A stretch of DNA of 64,000 bases from Macrostomum lignano (lineage: Eukaryota): the NCBI GenBank assembly GCA_002269645.1, contig NIVC01000342.1, positions 1-64,000 of the forward strand. Reading direction: 5' to 3'. A program made the position numbers and the translations under genes. Of this stretch, positions 1 through 9,800 are shown one piece after another. How positions within the stretch are numbered: position 1 is the stretch's first letter; each line of letters opens with the position of its first letter. The notes beneath the pieces are model-generated. The model searched no databases, was not told the origin of the DNA, and was given only the letters and a program-made list of their open reading frames with translations.

Positions 1-619
1 TCTGAACATGATAACTAGAAGCCGTCTATCGATATATTAATCTACCTTACAATTTTTATGCACTTAAGTGACTCCCCTACAATCTTATAATCGGGTTTAA
101 AGTTACAATATATAATACGTTAAATAATGTTCACGCATAGCAGCGGGTTGCCCACAGAACCCTCAATAGCTGAAGAGAGACTTCATACAGCAGTCCTGCA
201 GTCTGCGCCCTTCCCTCCCCAAAGTCCTGGGACTGATCGAACCGTGGGGTGACTAACTGCAGCTGAAAAAAGCTTTAGCTTGCGCTGTATGCATTCGATA
301 TTTGCGCACCGCCGCGCTAAATTTCTTATACTCGTACCCTCGTCGCTTGCAAAGGAATCATGCCGATGCAGCGAAACGCGGCGCGCCACGAACTACTATA
401 GACACACTGCGCACAGGCTGGGACTGCCAGCCTAGAGAAGAAAAGAGAGAGGGAAAGAGAAAATTCTAGTCAAAGCCGGTCTAGCATTGTTAATAATTTG
501 CTTTCGAAAACAGCGCTCAAGCACAACTCAAGGTAATGGCTGACCCTTAATGTAGAAGACAGAATTAAGAGGACAGATGAAGTGTAAGTATTCACAAAGG
601 AAAGTTACAATTTGCTTAC

Positions 620-1849
620 CCAAAGTTTTTGTCAAAAAAGGCTTTCTGTTGGCGGGCAGTAGACTGCGGGGAGCTCCATAGCTCAACAGGGTCGGTAGTG
701 ACTTGGAAGAACAGAACGCCGCAGGACAGGGCTATGCAAACTACAAAGCTCAGCATGATGACGAGCACCGGATGCTTCGCCACGAGCAGACCCCAGCTAG
801 TAAAGGCGGCTTCGATTCGAGCTTCAATCTGCCCGCTGACGCGATCTGAGCAGTCGATCTCGGTATCGGACAAGCGACTGCCGTCAGTTAGGAAGGCCTG
901 GCTACTCGGCGAGGTGAGGCCGTACGTCAATTCGGTGGATGTAACCTTTTCGGAGGACGCTGCTGAGTATGCAGCATTCGAATCCTTGGAAGATGTGCTA
1001 ACTCGAGAGTTTAAGTTCTTACGGTGCGTTTGAGCAAAGAAATAAATGTTCCAGGCGGCGAAGACGACTAAGAATGAGACGTAGATGGCAGCCATGACAA
1101 TGTACCAGCCGTCGATTCCAGCACCTGCCAGGGTTTCGGATCGTTTGGAGTGTCTGGTTTTTCGGGCAGACAGCTTGACAATCGCTACAGGAGCAGGCAG
1201 CAACTCCTCGCTCTCGATCGCCAAGATGACACTGAACTGAGCTTTCATTCATTGGGCAGTGCATTTTACCATCGATAGTGAAGCATTGGTCCTCAAGGGA
1301 GAATTTTATGTCGAACGGAGCATACGGATTTTCGGCTGGACTACCCAAAAACTTAAACACGTCTTTCACGGTGCACGATTCCACGCTGACAGATCCGCAC
1401 ATTGCTGATATAGCTTTGCCGTTGCCGTGACTAACGCCTTTGCAGCTGTTGAAGAATGTGTGAGCAAAGTTGCTGCTGATGTTGTAGTTCACGCTTGTCA
1501 CTGTATTTACGGATTCGTCGAAGCTGGTCGCCTGTAGGTACAAGCTTTGGTTCGGCGAGCAAGCCATGTTGCAGAACATGGATCGAAAATTTTTCCAACA
1601 CGCTGGACAGCGCCTAAGTAGAAGGCCTGCGCGATCCATTTGGATGCTCAACGTTTCAATCTGACGCTCTGAGCAGCAAGTCACGACGTCCCCTGAACTT
1701 CCAGAAGCGATTTCCGGGCAAAATGATCGTAGCAGAGACAAAGACTTTTGGTTGTTAAGAGGCTTCGCGGGCCCGTTGTATCGGCAATTGATTGGATTAT
1801 CCGTTGGGCTACGAGAGCACTCATCATACATAATGCAATCGGCAGAGGC
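620..1849 (-). CDS. NPC1: Niemann-Pick C1 (NPC1-like) sterol transporter, large exon encoding the N-terminal sterol-binding domain, TM1 and TM2; gene continues past the donor at 619
   Basis: Cys-rich NTD (CCSERQIETL...RCPACWKNFRSMFCNMACSPNQS...CSCSDCQAVC) followed by GIDGWYIVMAAIY and the NPC1 motif QVTTDPVELWSSPQSTARQQKAFFDKNFG. Acceptor tttctag at 1850, donor GTAAGC at 619. The two ORFs (1019-1831, 616-1248) are out of frame around 1118-1162. Confidence 0.93.
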
Positions 1850-2298
1850 CTAGAAAGAATAAGATGTTAGCACAGGCATTCATTTTAATTTAATGTTTGG
1901 TACCCGCAGAGCATTTAATGTATTGAACAAAAGCATTAAAAAGACACGGAGAATCTCGTCATTTAAAACTCACATAACTCAGTCCAAGTGTTAATAGAAG
2001 GATCACGACGACCAAATATTTCATTTTCGGAGACGACTTTTGTAGCATCTCAGAGTGGGGCTGCCTGTGCTATTAAATATGCACAATCCGATCCTTTACG
2101 GCCGTAGATGTTGCTTCCTAAAAATTAAGCTAAAACTAAAAAAATTCTATTGTCTAGGAAAAAATTCTTAGTATAAAAGCAACAATTTTATCGACCTTTC
2201 CTTCGAGAATTTATATGCGTTGCGCGTACCAAAATAGCGCCTTCGAATGACCAGCCGTAGACCAGCTAGTTTCAAGGTCACAGGATCACCCCACATAC

Positions 2299-2361
2299 AC
2301 AAACAAAAATATAATGCTTTATTTTTATGCAAAGAATTATTAATAACAAAATTCTACACAT
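2299..2361 (-). CDS. Possible NPC1 first exon (signal peptide MCRILLLIILCIKIKHYIFVC)
   Basis: ATG at 2361, hydrophobic 21 codons, GTATGT donor at 2298 in phase 0, matching the phase-0 acceptor at 1849. No homology support. Confidence 0.35.
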
Positions 2362-3692
2362 TCCTGTCACAAATAAGCCGACCATTGAAGCATTAATCAG
2401 TTCGATTTATTATGCTTGTTTAACTAAACTCAACCACGGTAACATTTTAAATTTTTCGAACGTTTGACCAACTGTTCGGCCCAGCGTTTATTATACAATT
2501 AGCTAAGCTATATTCGGCAGAAATTTAAAATGTATTTTATAGTTAAATCCGATATCTTTTACGTTACAGTATTGTCTGTAATAGCAATATTTTTTCAACT
2601 TTTTTCCTCAAGATCAGATGCAAAAAAGCATACACTTTGCATCCGACCTAACAATTAAATTATACTCGTATTAGCTATTATCCATTAACTAGCTATGACT
2701 ATTAAAATACTTATAAATATTAATTTTACAATAAAAAAACTGCTTTGAAATCGATGCAACAAAAACTATTTATTTTAATTTTATAAATAATAAGGAATAA
2801 TTTGTATGTTATTATTTGAATCATATATTAAGTTCAATAAGTTTTTTTGTATAATTAAAGCTTTTTGCATGCATTTTTTCAGTCTTACATATTTTTTATT
2901 AATGGTTCATGCCTAAATGATGACATGCCTTAAATATGCCTTAAATCTTTCAATACGCTTTGAAGCTTCTTTAATATTTTTGTTTAATTTACTCACATTT
3001 TCATGACATTCAGACGACATTGTTATAATTTTTATGCCGAACAAAGAATAATCATGATATTAATTTAGAAAAAATGATCAATTTCATGATATGGCATAAA
3101 CTTGAAATTTTGCTGTTATTCTAATTTAAGTGTACAAAAATAAAAAAGTCAGTCAATAGGTTTGCAATAGTATTATATTTTACAATTCTAATATGAATAT
3201 TTAATATGAATATTTTCATTGATGTTCTTCACACAACTGGGATTCTACAGCATTTTATACTTCCCACGCCTGAGTGCTGCACCAGAGTAGTAGTCTCGAC
3301 TACTCTACTACGAAGTTACAACTCTGCTCAGCCCTGATTGGATGTCGAATTGCTCGACTTAGTCAAAGCCCTACAGGCAGTTACGAGGCTTCTTATACTA
3401 AAGAAATCTTGATTAGCTATGCCTTTCCGTCCAGTGAAGCAGACTTTGAAAAAATATGCATAGTATTTTGATTGTAACAGCATGCCTTGTTGGATCGCTC
3501 TACTTAGCGTATGCCGACGACAAAAAAGAATGTATAAGTAAGTGCTACGACCTATGGAATATCTGCGTTGTTTCTGCCAAGCGGCTGCGTTTCGTTGGCC
3601 GCAGAGGTTTGGGACTTTAGTCACTGCCATAAATCAAGGCCACAGTCGACCCACTGAGTCAGTGAGGTAGTCATGCCAGTGACGTCACGACC

Positions 3693-3990
3693 CTGTACAC
3701 CCTGTGTGAGCGTGTGTATGAGTGGTGCCTGAGTACAGTATTGGCAAACTTGTATGTTCTCGGGAGTCAGCGGGCAACATTGCCTCCGCGTTTGTAATGG
3801 AACGATGTCACTAAAGGCGTTGCGCCAGGGTGCCCCAGGACACGGATAAGAACGCAGGAACCGCTCACACTGGTTGTACACAGCGGCCTAGACTTTCCAT
3901 CGTCAGGCTTGCATGCACTCTCTGCCTCATGGGCACGAATACCACTGGCTTCAGGTGAAATTCCGTGAACTGACACCAAATTAGCACGAG
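3693..3990. mobile_element. Unclassified dispersed repeat, copy 1 (rearranged: 3693-3834 inverted, about 3865-3990 direct relative to copy 2)
   Basis: Reverse complement of 3693-3834 shares blocks CCCTGGCGCA, GACATyGTTCCA, GAGGCA, GACTCCC, CACACAGG-GTGTACAG with 12509-12655; 3865-3990 resembles 12640-12780 directly. Confidence 0.6.
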
Positions 3991-4124
3991 AGCTGCTCTG
4001 CCCAGTGTTGTGACAAAATTTGAACAATCTCTTATTGTAGTAAATTTTTGTTTGTAATCAGGTAAAGTGGCTCGCTTGGCAAGTAAAATAAGAAGAAATC
4101 CCAAAATCAACATGTGGTTTTTTC

Positions 4125-4156
4125 GACGCGTTTCGCACACCAAGGTGCATCGTCAG
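4125..4156 (-). ncRNA. Hammerhead ribozyme core (minimal type I-like) in the inverted PLE terminal repeat
   Basis: Minus strand reads CTGACGA-T-GCAC-cttggt-GTGC-GAAA-CGCGTC. Confidence 0.65.
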
Positions 4157-4196
4157 ATATATTGTTCGAAACGAAAGGTGTGAGTGTGCAAGGATC

Positions 4197-5706
4197 ATGT
4201 CAAACAACACATTTGATCCTTGCACGTACCAGCGCCAGCGCATCTTACCCTGCGGTAGCCAACCTGGTCAGCTCTACGGGGTCTGCAAGGTGCACAAACC
4301 AGAAAAACCCCTCAGACCAATTGTTTCCATGGTCAACACCGCCGAATACGAGCTTGCTAAATACCTGGACTCGCTCATCAAACCTTGCATTTCTACTGAA
4401 TTCACCTCGAAATCCAACAGCGCTTTTCTGAAAGATCTTCAAAATTCGTGATCTGACATCAAGAAGTCTGACATTCTCTGCAGTTTCGATGTTGTTTCAC
4501 TCTTTACTAACATCCCCCTGAAACTTGCTATTGACCTCGCCACTGAACAAGTGTTTAAACGCAATCCTACCTCCATTTCTTTGTCTAAGGACTCTTTTAA
4601 AAAACTTCTTGGCTTTGCGACCTCTGGAATCTTCATGTTCAACAGTAAATACTACCGGCAAATTGAGGGCTGCGCCATGGGAAGTCCGCTGGCCCCTACT
4701 CTGGCTGAAGTCTGCTTGACTCATTGGGAAACCAACAACTGGATGTCCCTTGACTGTGCGCCCAAATTTTACAGACGCTATGTCGATGAAACGTTTGCCA
4801 TCTTTGAAAGCAAGAACAAACTTGACCATTTCTTCCAGTCTATCAATTCCACCCATGACAATATTAAGTTCACCAATGAGATTGCTACTGACCATAAACT
4901 TCCGTTCCTTGACCTTGACATCGATCTCAGCGGTGGGAACCTTTTCACCAAAGTTTTCCGCAAAAAAACCTTCACCAATCTCATTCTCAACTTTTATGCC
5001 GTGTGCCCCAGACAGTGGAAATCTGGTCTGATCAGATGCTTGCTTCACAGAGCCTACACTGTCTGCAACTCCTGGATCAACTTTGACCAAGAAATTAGAT
5101 TCCTGACCAAAATGCTCCAACAAAACGGTTACCCATCTGCCTTCATCCACCACAACATCCACAAATTCATTTCTGAAAGAGTGAATCACCAAAAAGTTTC
5201 CAAACCTGACCACATTGACCTTAGTGAACCAACCCTCATTCTCCCTTTCTTTGGCCATCCTTCTCTCACCTTCAAAAACAGGATTTGCAAATTATTCCAC
5301 AACTCTTTCAACAGCCAAATTCGCGTTATTTTCCGCTGTTCCAAAGTTGGCCGGCAGTTTTGTCGGTCGGTTAAAGTCACGTGTACCCCGTGCTCTGCGT
5401 GCAGGTGTTGTCTACTGTTTCAACTGCTCTGTTGACCAGAGCGTCTCCTACGTGGGGAAGACCAAAAGACACCTGCACACTAGAACCAGGGAGCACTGGC
5501 TCAAACCGTCGGCCATCCAAACCCACCTTTTGGAATGTAACAGCTGCTCTAATTGTACACAACGAAGAACGTTTTAAAATCATCGATCAATGCCCATCTG
5601 ATCACAAGCTCAAGATCTTAGAAGCATTGTACATAAAAAACTAGTCGCCACCCTTAATACGCAACTCCAACACAGTGGTGCAGGCCATGTTCTCCGTGTA
5701 TTCTGA
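4197..5706 (+). pseudogene. Decayed PLE reverse transcriptase / GIY-YIG endonuclease ORF
   Basis: Motifs LYGVCKVHKPEKPLRPIVS, SFDVVSLFTNIP, GCAMGSPLAP, RYVDE (canonical YVDD), LPFLD, VVYCFNC...YVGKTKRHLHTRTREH, LKILEALYI. In-frame TGA at 4449-4451 and frameshifts near 5365, 5570 and 5640. Confidence 0.92.
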
Positions 5707-5898
5707 GTGAGAGAGCACTGACCTTGTTGTAACCAGTACTCATTCAATTATATTTTGTTTTCTGCCTATTGGTCTTCGCCCCGCCCTACAGACTATCAAC
5801 CTCCAACTACTCTGTACATACAAAATACTTACTCACCAGCTACTTGACAAATAATTTATAAATTCGCTTACTCACACCTTTCGTTTCAAACAATATAC

Positions 5899-5930
5899 CT
5901 GACGATGCACCTTGGTGTGCGAAACGCGTC
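5899..5930 (+). ncRNA. Hammerhead ribozyme core (minimal type I-like) in the PLE 3' terminal repeat
   Basis: CUGACGA, extra U, stem II GCAC/GTGC with a 6-nt loop, GAAA, palindromic ACGCGT stem III, GUC cleavage triplet ending at 5930. Stem I pairing is weak. Confidence 0.7.
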
Positions 5931-6031
5931 GAAAAAACCACATGTTGATTTTCGGATTTCTTTTTATTTTATTTGTAAATCTAAATGCATTGTAAGGATT
6001 GCTATAATTCCTGTTCGCAAATATACTTTAG

Positions 6032-6507
6032 CTGGCTATCATAAAGCAATGGCAGCCTGTCTGCGGAGAGCCGACCACGGGCGCCGGACATCTCCGTCCA
6101 GCAATACGACTTGGACCGACAACTACTTGGTCGGGGAGTTTGGCAACGTCTCCGCTTGGATCTATTATGAAGGATCATTTGGTTAGTGACACTGATGAAG
6201 GCGTAGAATCTTGGGTTCTCCTGAATAATATTTGTCATTCTACAGAGTTAATTACTCTCACAGAGAGCATTCACAGTCTTGTTTGCTACAGAACTTCTCA
6301 GAGAAGTTGTTAGGAACTGTACTCGTAGCAGAGCCAGTCAACTGTGACCTAATAATGGACAGGGGAAAACATCTCTCGAGTGCCCTTGCCTGTCGCATTT
6401 TACTCTCTGCAGCTCAAGCAATGGGACACTTATCGCCACTTAACGACAATCAGCGCCCGACGCATCTAGTTGCTACGCAACGCCGGCCGTCAGCCAAAGC
6501 CTGGGTG
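6032..6507 (+). CDS. Probable upstream (amino-terminal domain) exons of the ionotropic receptor gene: 6032-6181 and 6292-6504/6507
   Basis: AG acceptors at 6031 and 6291, open phase-0 frames. EPVNCDLIMDRGKHLSSAL...GHLSPLNDNQRPTHLV...KAW resembles the end of an iGluR ATD. The donor at 6505/6508 is weak. Confidence 0.4.
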
Positions 6508-6559
6508 GTCTGTCGGATGCTGGCGGGGAATGGCAATAGACATCAAGTCGACTTTTTTG

Positions 6560-6852
6560 AACCTGACGTGAGTTTAACATTCTACGTGCGTTTAAATGAA
6601 GTCTTTGAACCTGACGTGAGTTTAACAATAAGCCGTGCGTTTAAATAAAGTCATTGAAGCTGACGTGAGTTTAAAAATAAGCCCTGCGTTTAAATAAAGT
6701 CATTGAAGCTGACGTGAGTTTAACAATAAACCGTGCGTTTAAATGAAGTCTTTGAACCTGACGTGAGTTTAACAATAAACCGTGCGTTTAAATGAAGTCT
6801 TTGAACCTGACGTGAGTTTAACAATAAACCGTGCGTTCAAACGAAGTCTTTG
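6560..6852. repeat. 48-49 bp tandem repeat, about 6 copies (intronic)
   Basis: Unit AACCTGACGTGAGTTTAACAATAAACCGTGCGTTTAAATGAAGTCTTTG. Confidence 0.95.
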
Positions 6853-6887
6853 ATAGCCATATTTAAAACAAGCCATTATTCATTCAG

Positions 6888-9800
6888 AAGTTTCCCACCT
6901 GGCGATCCAATGCGAGTTCTCCAACAGTCAGACGAAATTGTGCTGACGATCATGCTAGGTTGTCCCACGATCGGGTATGCATCCTTAGGTCTTGAGACTG
7001 AACTCAATCGCTTTAAATAGCTTTTTGATTACAAAATTACGTTTGCAGAATCGTTCTACAAAGGCAACGAGGCCGAAATTTCGAGTTCTTGCACTTCTGG
7101 TGAGATAAATGATTTTGCTAGAACGATAGTGCAACTTTATTTTTGCTGATAGGTTGTCAGCCCACTGTGAGTACTTTATGAAGTTGAAGCTTACTGTAGG
7201 GAGTTGGAGAGCTCACTGTGGGAAGTTGGAGCTTGCTGTAGAGATTTGGAGCATACTGTAAAGAGTTGGAGCTTACTATAAAGAGTTGGAGCTTACTGTA
7301 AAGAGTTGGAGCTTACTATAAAGAGTTGGAGCTTACTGTAAAGAGTTGGAGCTTACTGTAAAGAGTTGGAGCTTACTATAAAGAGTTGGAGCTTACTATA
7401 AAGAGTTGGAGCTCACTGTAAAGATTTGGAGCTTACTATAAAGAGTTGTAGCTTACTGTAGGCAGTTGAAGCTTACTGTAGGGAGTTGAAGCTTACTGTA
7501 GGGAGTTGGAGCTTACTGTAGGCAGTTGTAGCTTACTGTAAAGAGTTGGAGCTTACTGTAAAGAGTTGGAGCATACTGTAAATAGTTGGAGCTTACTATA
7601 AAGAGTTGAAGCTTACTGTAAAGAGTTGGAGCTTACTGTAAAGAGTTGGAGCTTACTGTAAAGAGTTGGAGCTTACTGTAAAGAGTTGGAGCTTACTGTA
7701 AAGAGTTGGAGCTTACTGTAAAGAGCTGGAGCTTACTGTCGGGAGTCATAAGATTTTCAGACAATTTTGGATTTCTGAACCCTCTAGGAACCGCCATTCG
7801 TCACATTCAGCAACGGATCTTTTACGGGCTTCAGTGTTTCCGTTCTAGACGGCATAGCTGAACGACTGGGCTTTGACTACCGCATCAGTGAGACATCAAG
7901 TTTGCCGCAACTGATGGCTGCCATTGTCAAAAAGGTGAGAGTACTAACACCTCACCTATATAAGACGCGTAGATGCACGGACATCAAATTACAGTGATGA
8001 GTTTTTGTTGCTATGCTGCCCTTAGTCTGTACTTTTTGCGACCGAATTTGTCTATGGCAGGGGTCGGCAAACTCCAGTCAGCGACCACATGCAGCCCGAT
8101 AGCCTCTCTGTCCGGCCCTCGGGTCCTTTGAAACTTCACAATAGCAATCCGGCCCGCTCAATGTCTGTGTGAGTCTCAGAGCTCTTCTCTCTAATCTCCT
8201 CTCTTCTCCCCTCTTCTCTTCTCCTCTGCTCTCCTCTCCTCTCTCCTCTCCTCACCTCTCCTCTCCTCTCCTCTCCTCTCCTCTCCTCACCTCTCCTCTC
8301 CTCTCCTCTCCTCTCCTCTCCTCTCCTCTCCTCTCCTCTCCTCTCCTCTCCTCTCCTCTCCTCTCCTCTCCTCTCCTCTCCTCTCCTCTCCTCTCCTCTC
8401 CTCTCCTCTCCTCTCCTCTTCTCTCCTCTCCTCTCCTCTCCTCTCCTCTCCTCTCCTCTCCTCTCCTCTTCTCTTCTCTCCTCTCCTCTTCTCTCCTCTT
8501 CTCTCCTCTCCTCTTCTCTCCTCTCTCCTCTCTCTCCCTCCTCTCCTCTCCTCTCCTCTCCTCTCCTCTCCTCTCCTCTCCTCTCCTCTCCTCTCCTCTC
8601 CTCTCCTCTCCTCTCCTCTCCTCCCTCTCTTCCCCTCTCCTCTCCTCTCCTCTCCTCTCCTCTCCTCTCTTCTCCTCTCCTCTCCTCTCCTCTCCTCTCC
8701 TCTCCTCTCCTCTCCTCTCCTCTCCTCTCCTCTCTCTCCTCTCCTCCCTCTCTTCCCCTCTCCTCTCCTCTCCTCTCCTCTCCTCTCCTCTCTTCTCCTC
8801 TCCTCTCCTCTCTCTCCTCTCCTCTCCTCTCTCTCCTCTCCTCTCCTCTCCTCTCCTCTCCTCTCCTCTCCTCTCCTCTCCTCTCCTCTCCTCTCCTCCC
8901 TCTCTTCCCTCTCCTCTCCTCTCCTCTCCTCTCCTCTCCTCTCTTCTCCTCTCCTCTCTCCTCTCCTCTCCTCTCCTCTCCTCTCCTCTCCTCTCCTCTC
9001 CTCTCCTCTCCTCTCCTCTCCTCTCCTCTCCTCTCCTCTCCTCCTCTCCTCTCCTCTCCTCCTCTCCTCTCCTCTCCTCTCCTCTCCTCTCCTCTCCTCT
9101 CCTCTCCTCTCCTCTCCTCTCCTCTCCTCTCCTCTCCTCTCCTCTCCTCTCCTCTCCTCTCCTCTCCTCTCCTCTCCTCTCCTCTCCTCTCCTCTCCTCT
9201 CCTCTCCTCTCCTCTCCTCTCCTCTCCTAATTCATTTATCCTCTCCTCTCGCCTCCTCTTTTTTCCAGTGTTCTCTGGCCTCTCCTTTCTCATATCTCCC
9301 TTCTTTTTTATTTATTTCCTCTCCTCTTCCTTCCTCCGGCCCGCATCATGCTCTGGGTTCTCTATCTGGCCCTTTAGGTAGAAAAAGTTTGCCAACCCCT
9401 GGCCTGTGGCGAAACCCCAGGCCATTCAGTGCTATGCAAAAAACGATTCTCCGGGAACTCCGTTTACAAAAAACACAACTGTAGTTAAGCGTCGTCGCTC
9501 TCCAAAACTTTTGTTAGAACTTTTTTCTTGACAAACTTGTTGGTGCATCACGGAAAAATCACATACACTGGCCAGATGTGCAACCGACAGCTCAGCCGCA
9601 GCTATTGCGCGGCGCATCTGAAGGCTGCGTACGGCTGTTCAGTCCAAGGACTGGGAGGGTCGCCACACACCCTCAATTATCCCAGCTAATGCTGGCACCC
9701 ATTTTACAGCTGGGTGAACTGAAGCGATGCAGAGTTAAGTGTCTTGCATAAGGACACAAATTGTTCCGGCTGGGTCGAGAATCGAACCCCTGACGCTTCA

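Larger units (their letters stand above)
4080..5975 (+). mobile_element. Penelope-like retroelement (PLE), 5'-truncated, with an inverted pseudo-LTR copy at the 5' end
   Basis: RT plus GIY-YIG ORF remnants bounded by a ~105 bp inverted repeat (4080-4185 vs 5870-5975, only a few mismatches). Confidence 0.93.

Noticed and set aside
183-432. Next NPC1 exon or separate gene after a strong-looking acceptor near 432 (- strand)
   Set aside because: No frame gives the expected NPC1 continuation (GPFYRTEQ-like) or any recognisable domain.
3274-3471. 65-aa ORF as first exon of the ionotropic receptor
   Set aside because: No signal peptide, homology or consistent splice phase could be established.
6192-6225. 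Third hammerhead (CTGATGA)
   Set aside because: No stem II or downstream GAAA core.
8136-9293. 385-aa (EERRG)n and 353-aa (SSPLL)n ORFs, plus similar long ORFs at 14.6-15.6, 25-27, 29, 35, 37.4-38.5, 39-56 kb
   Set aside because: Stop-free frames produced by simple repeats; all overlap introns or arrays.
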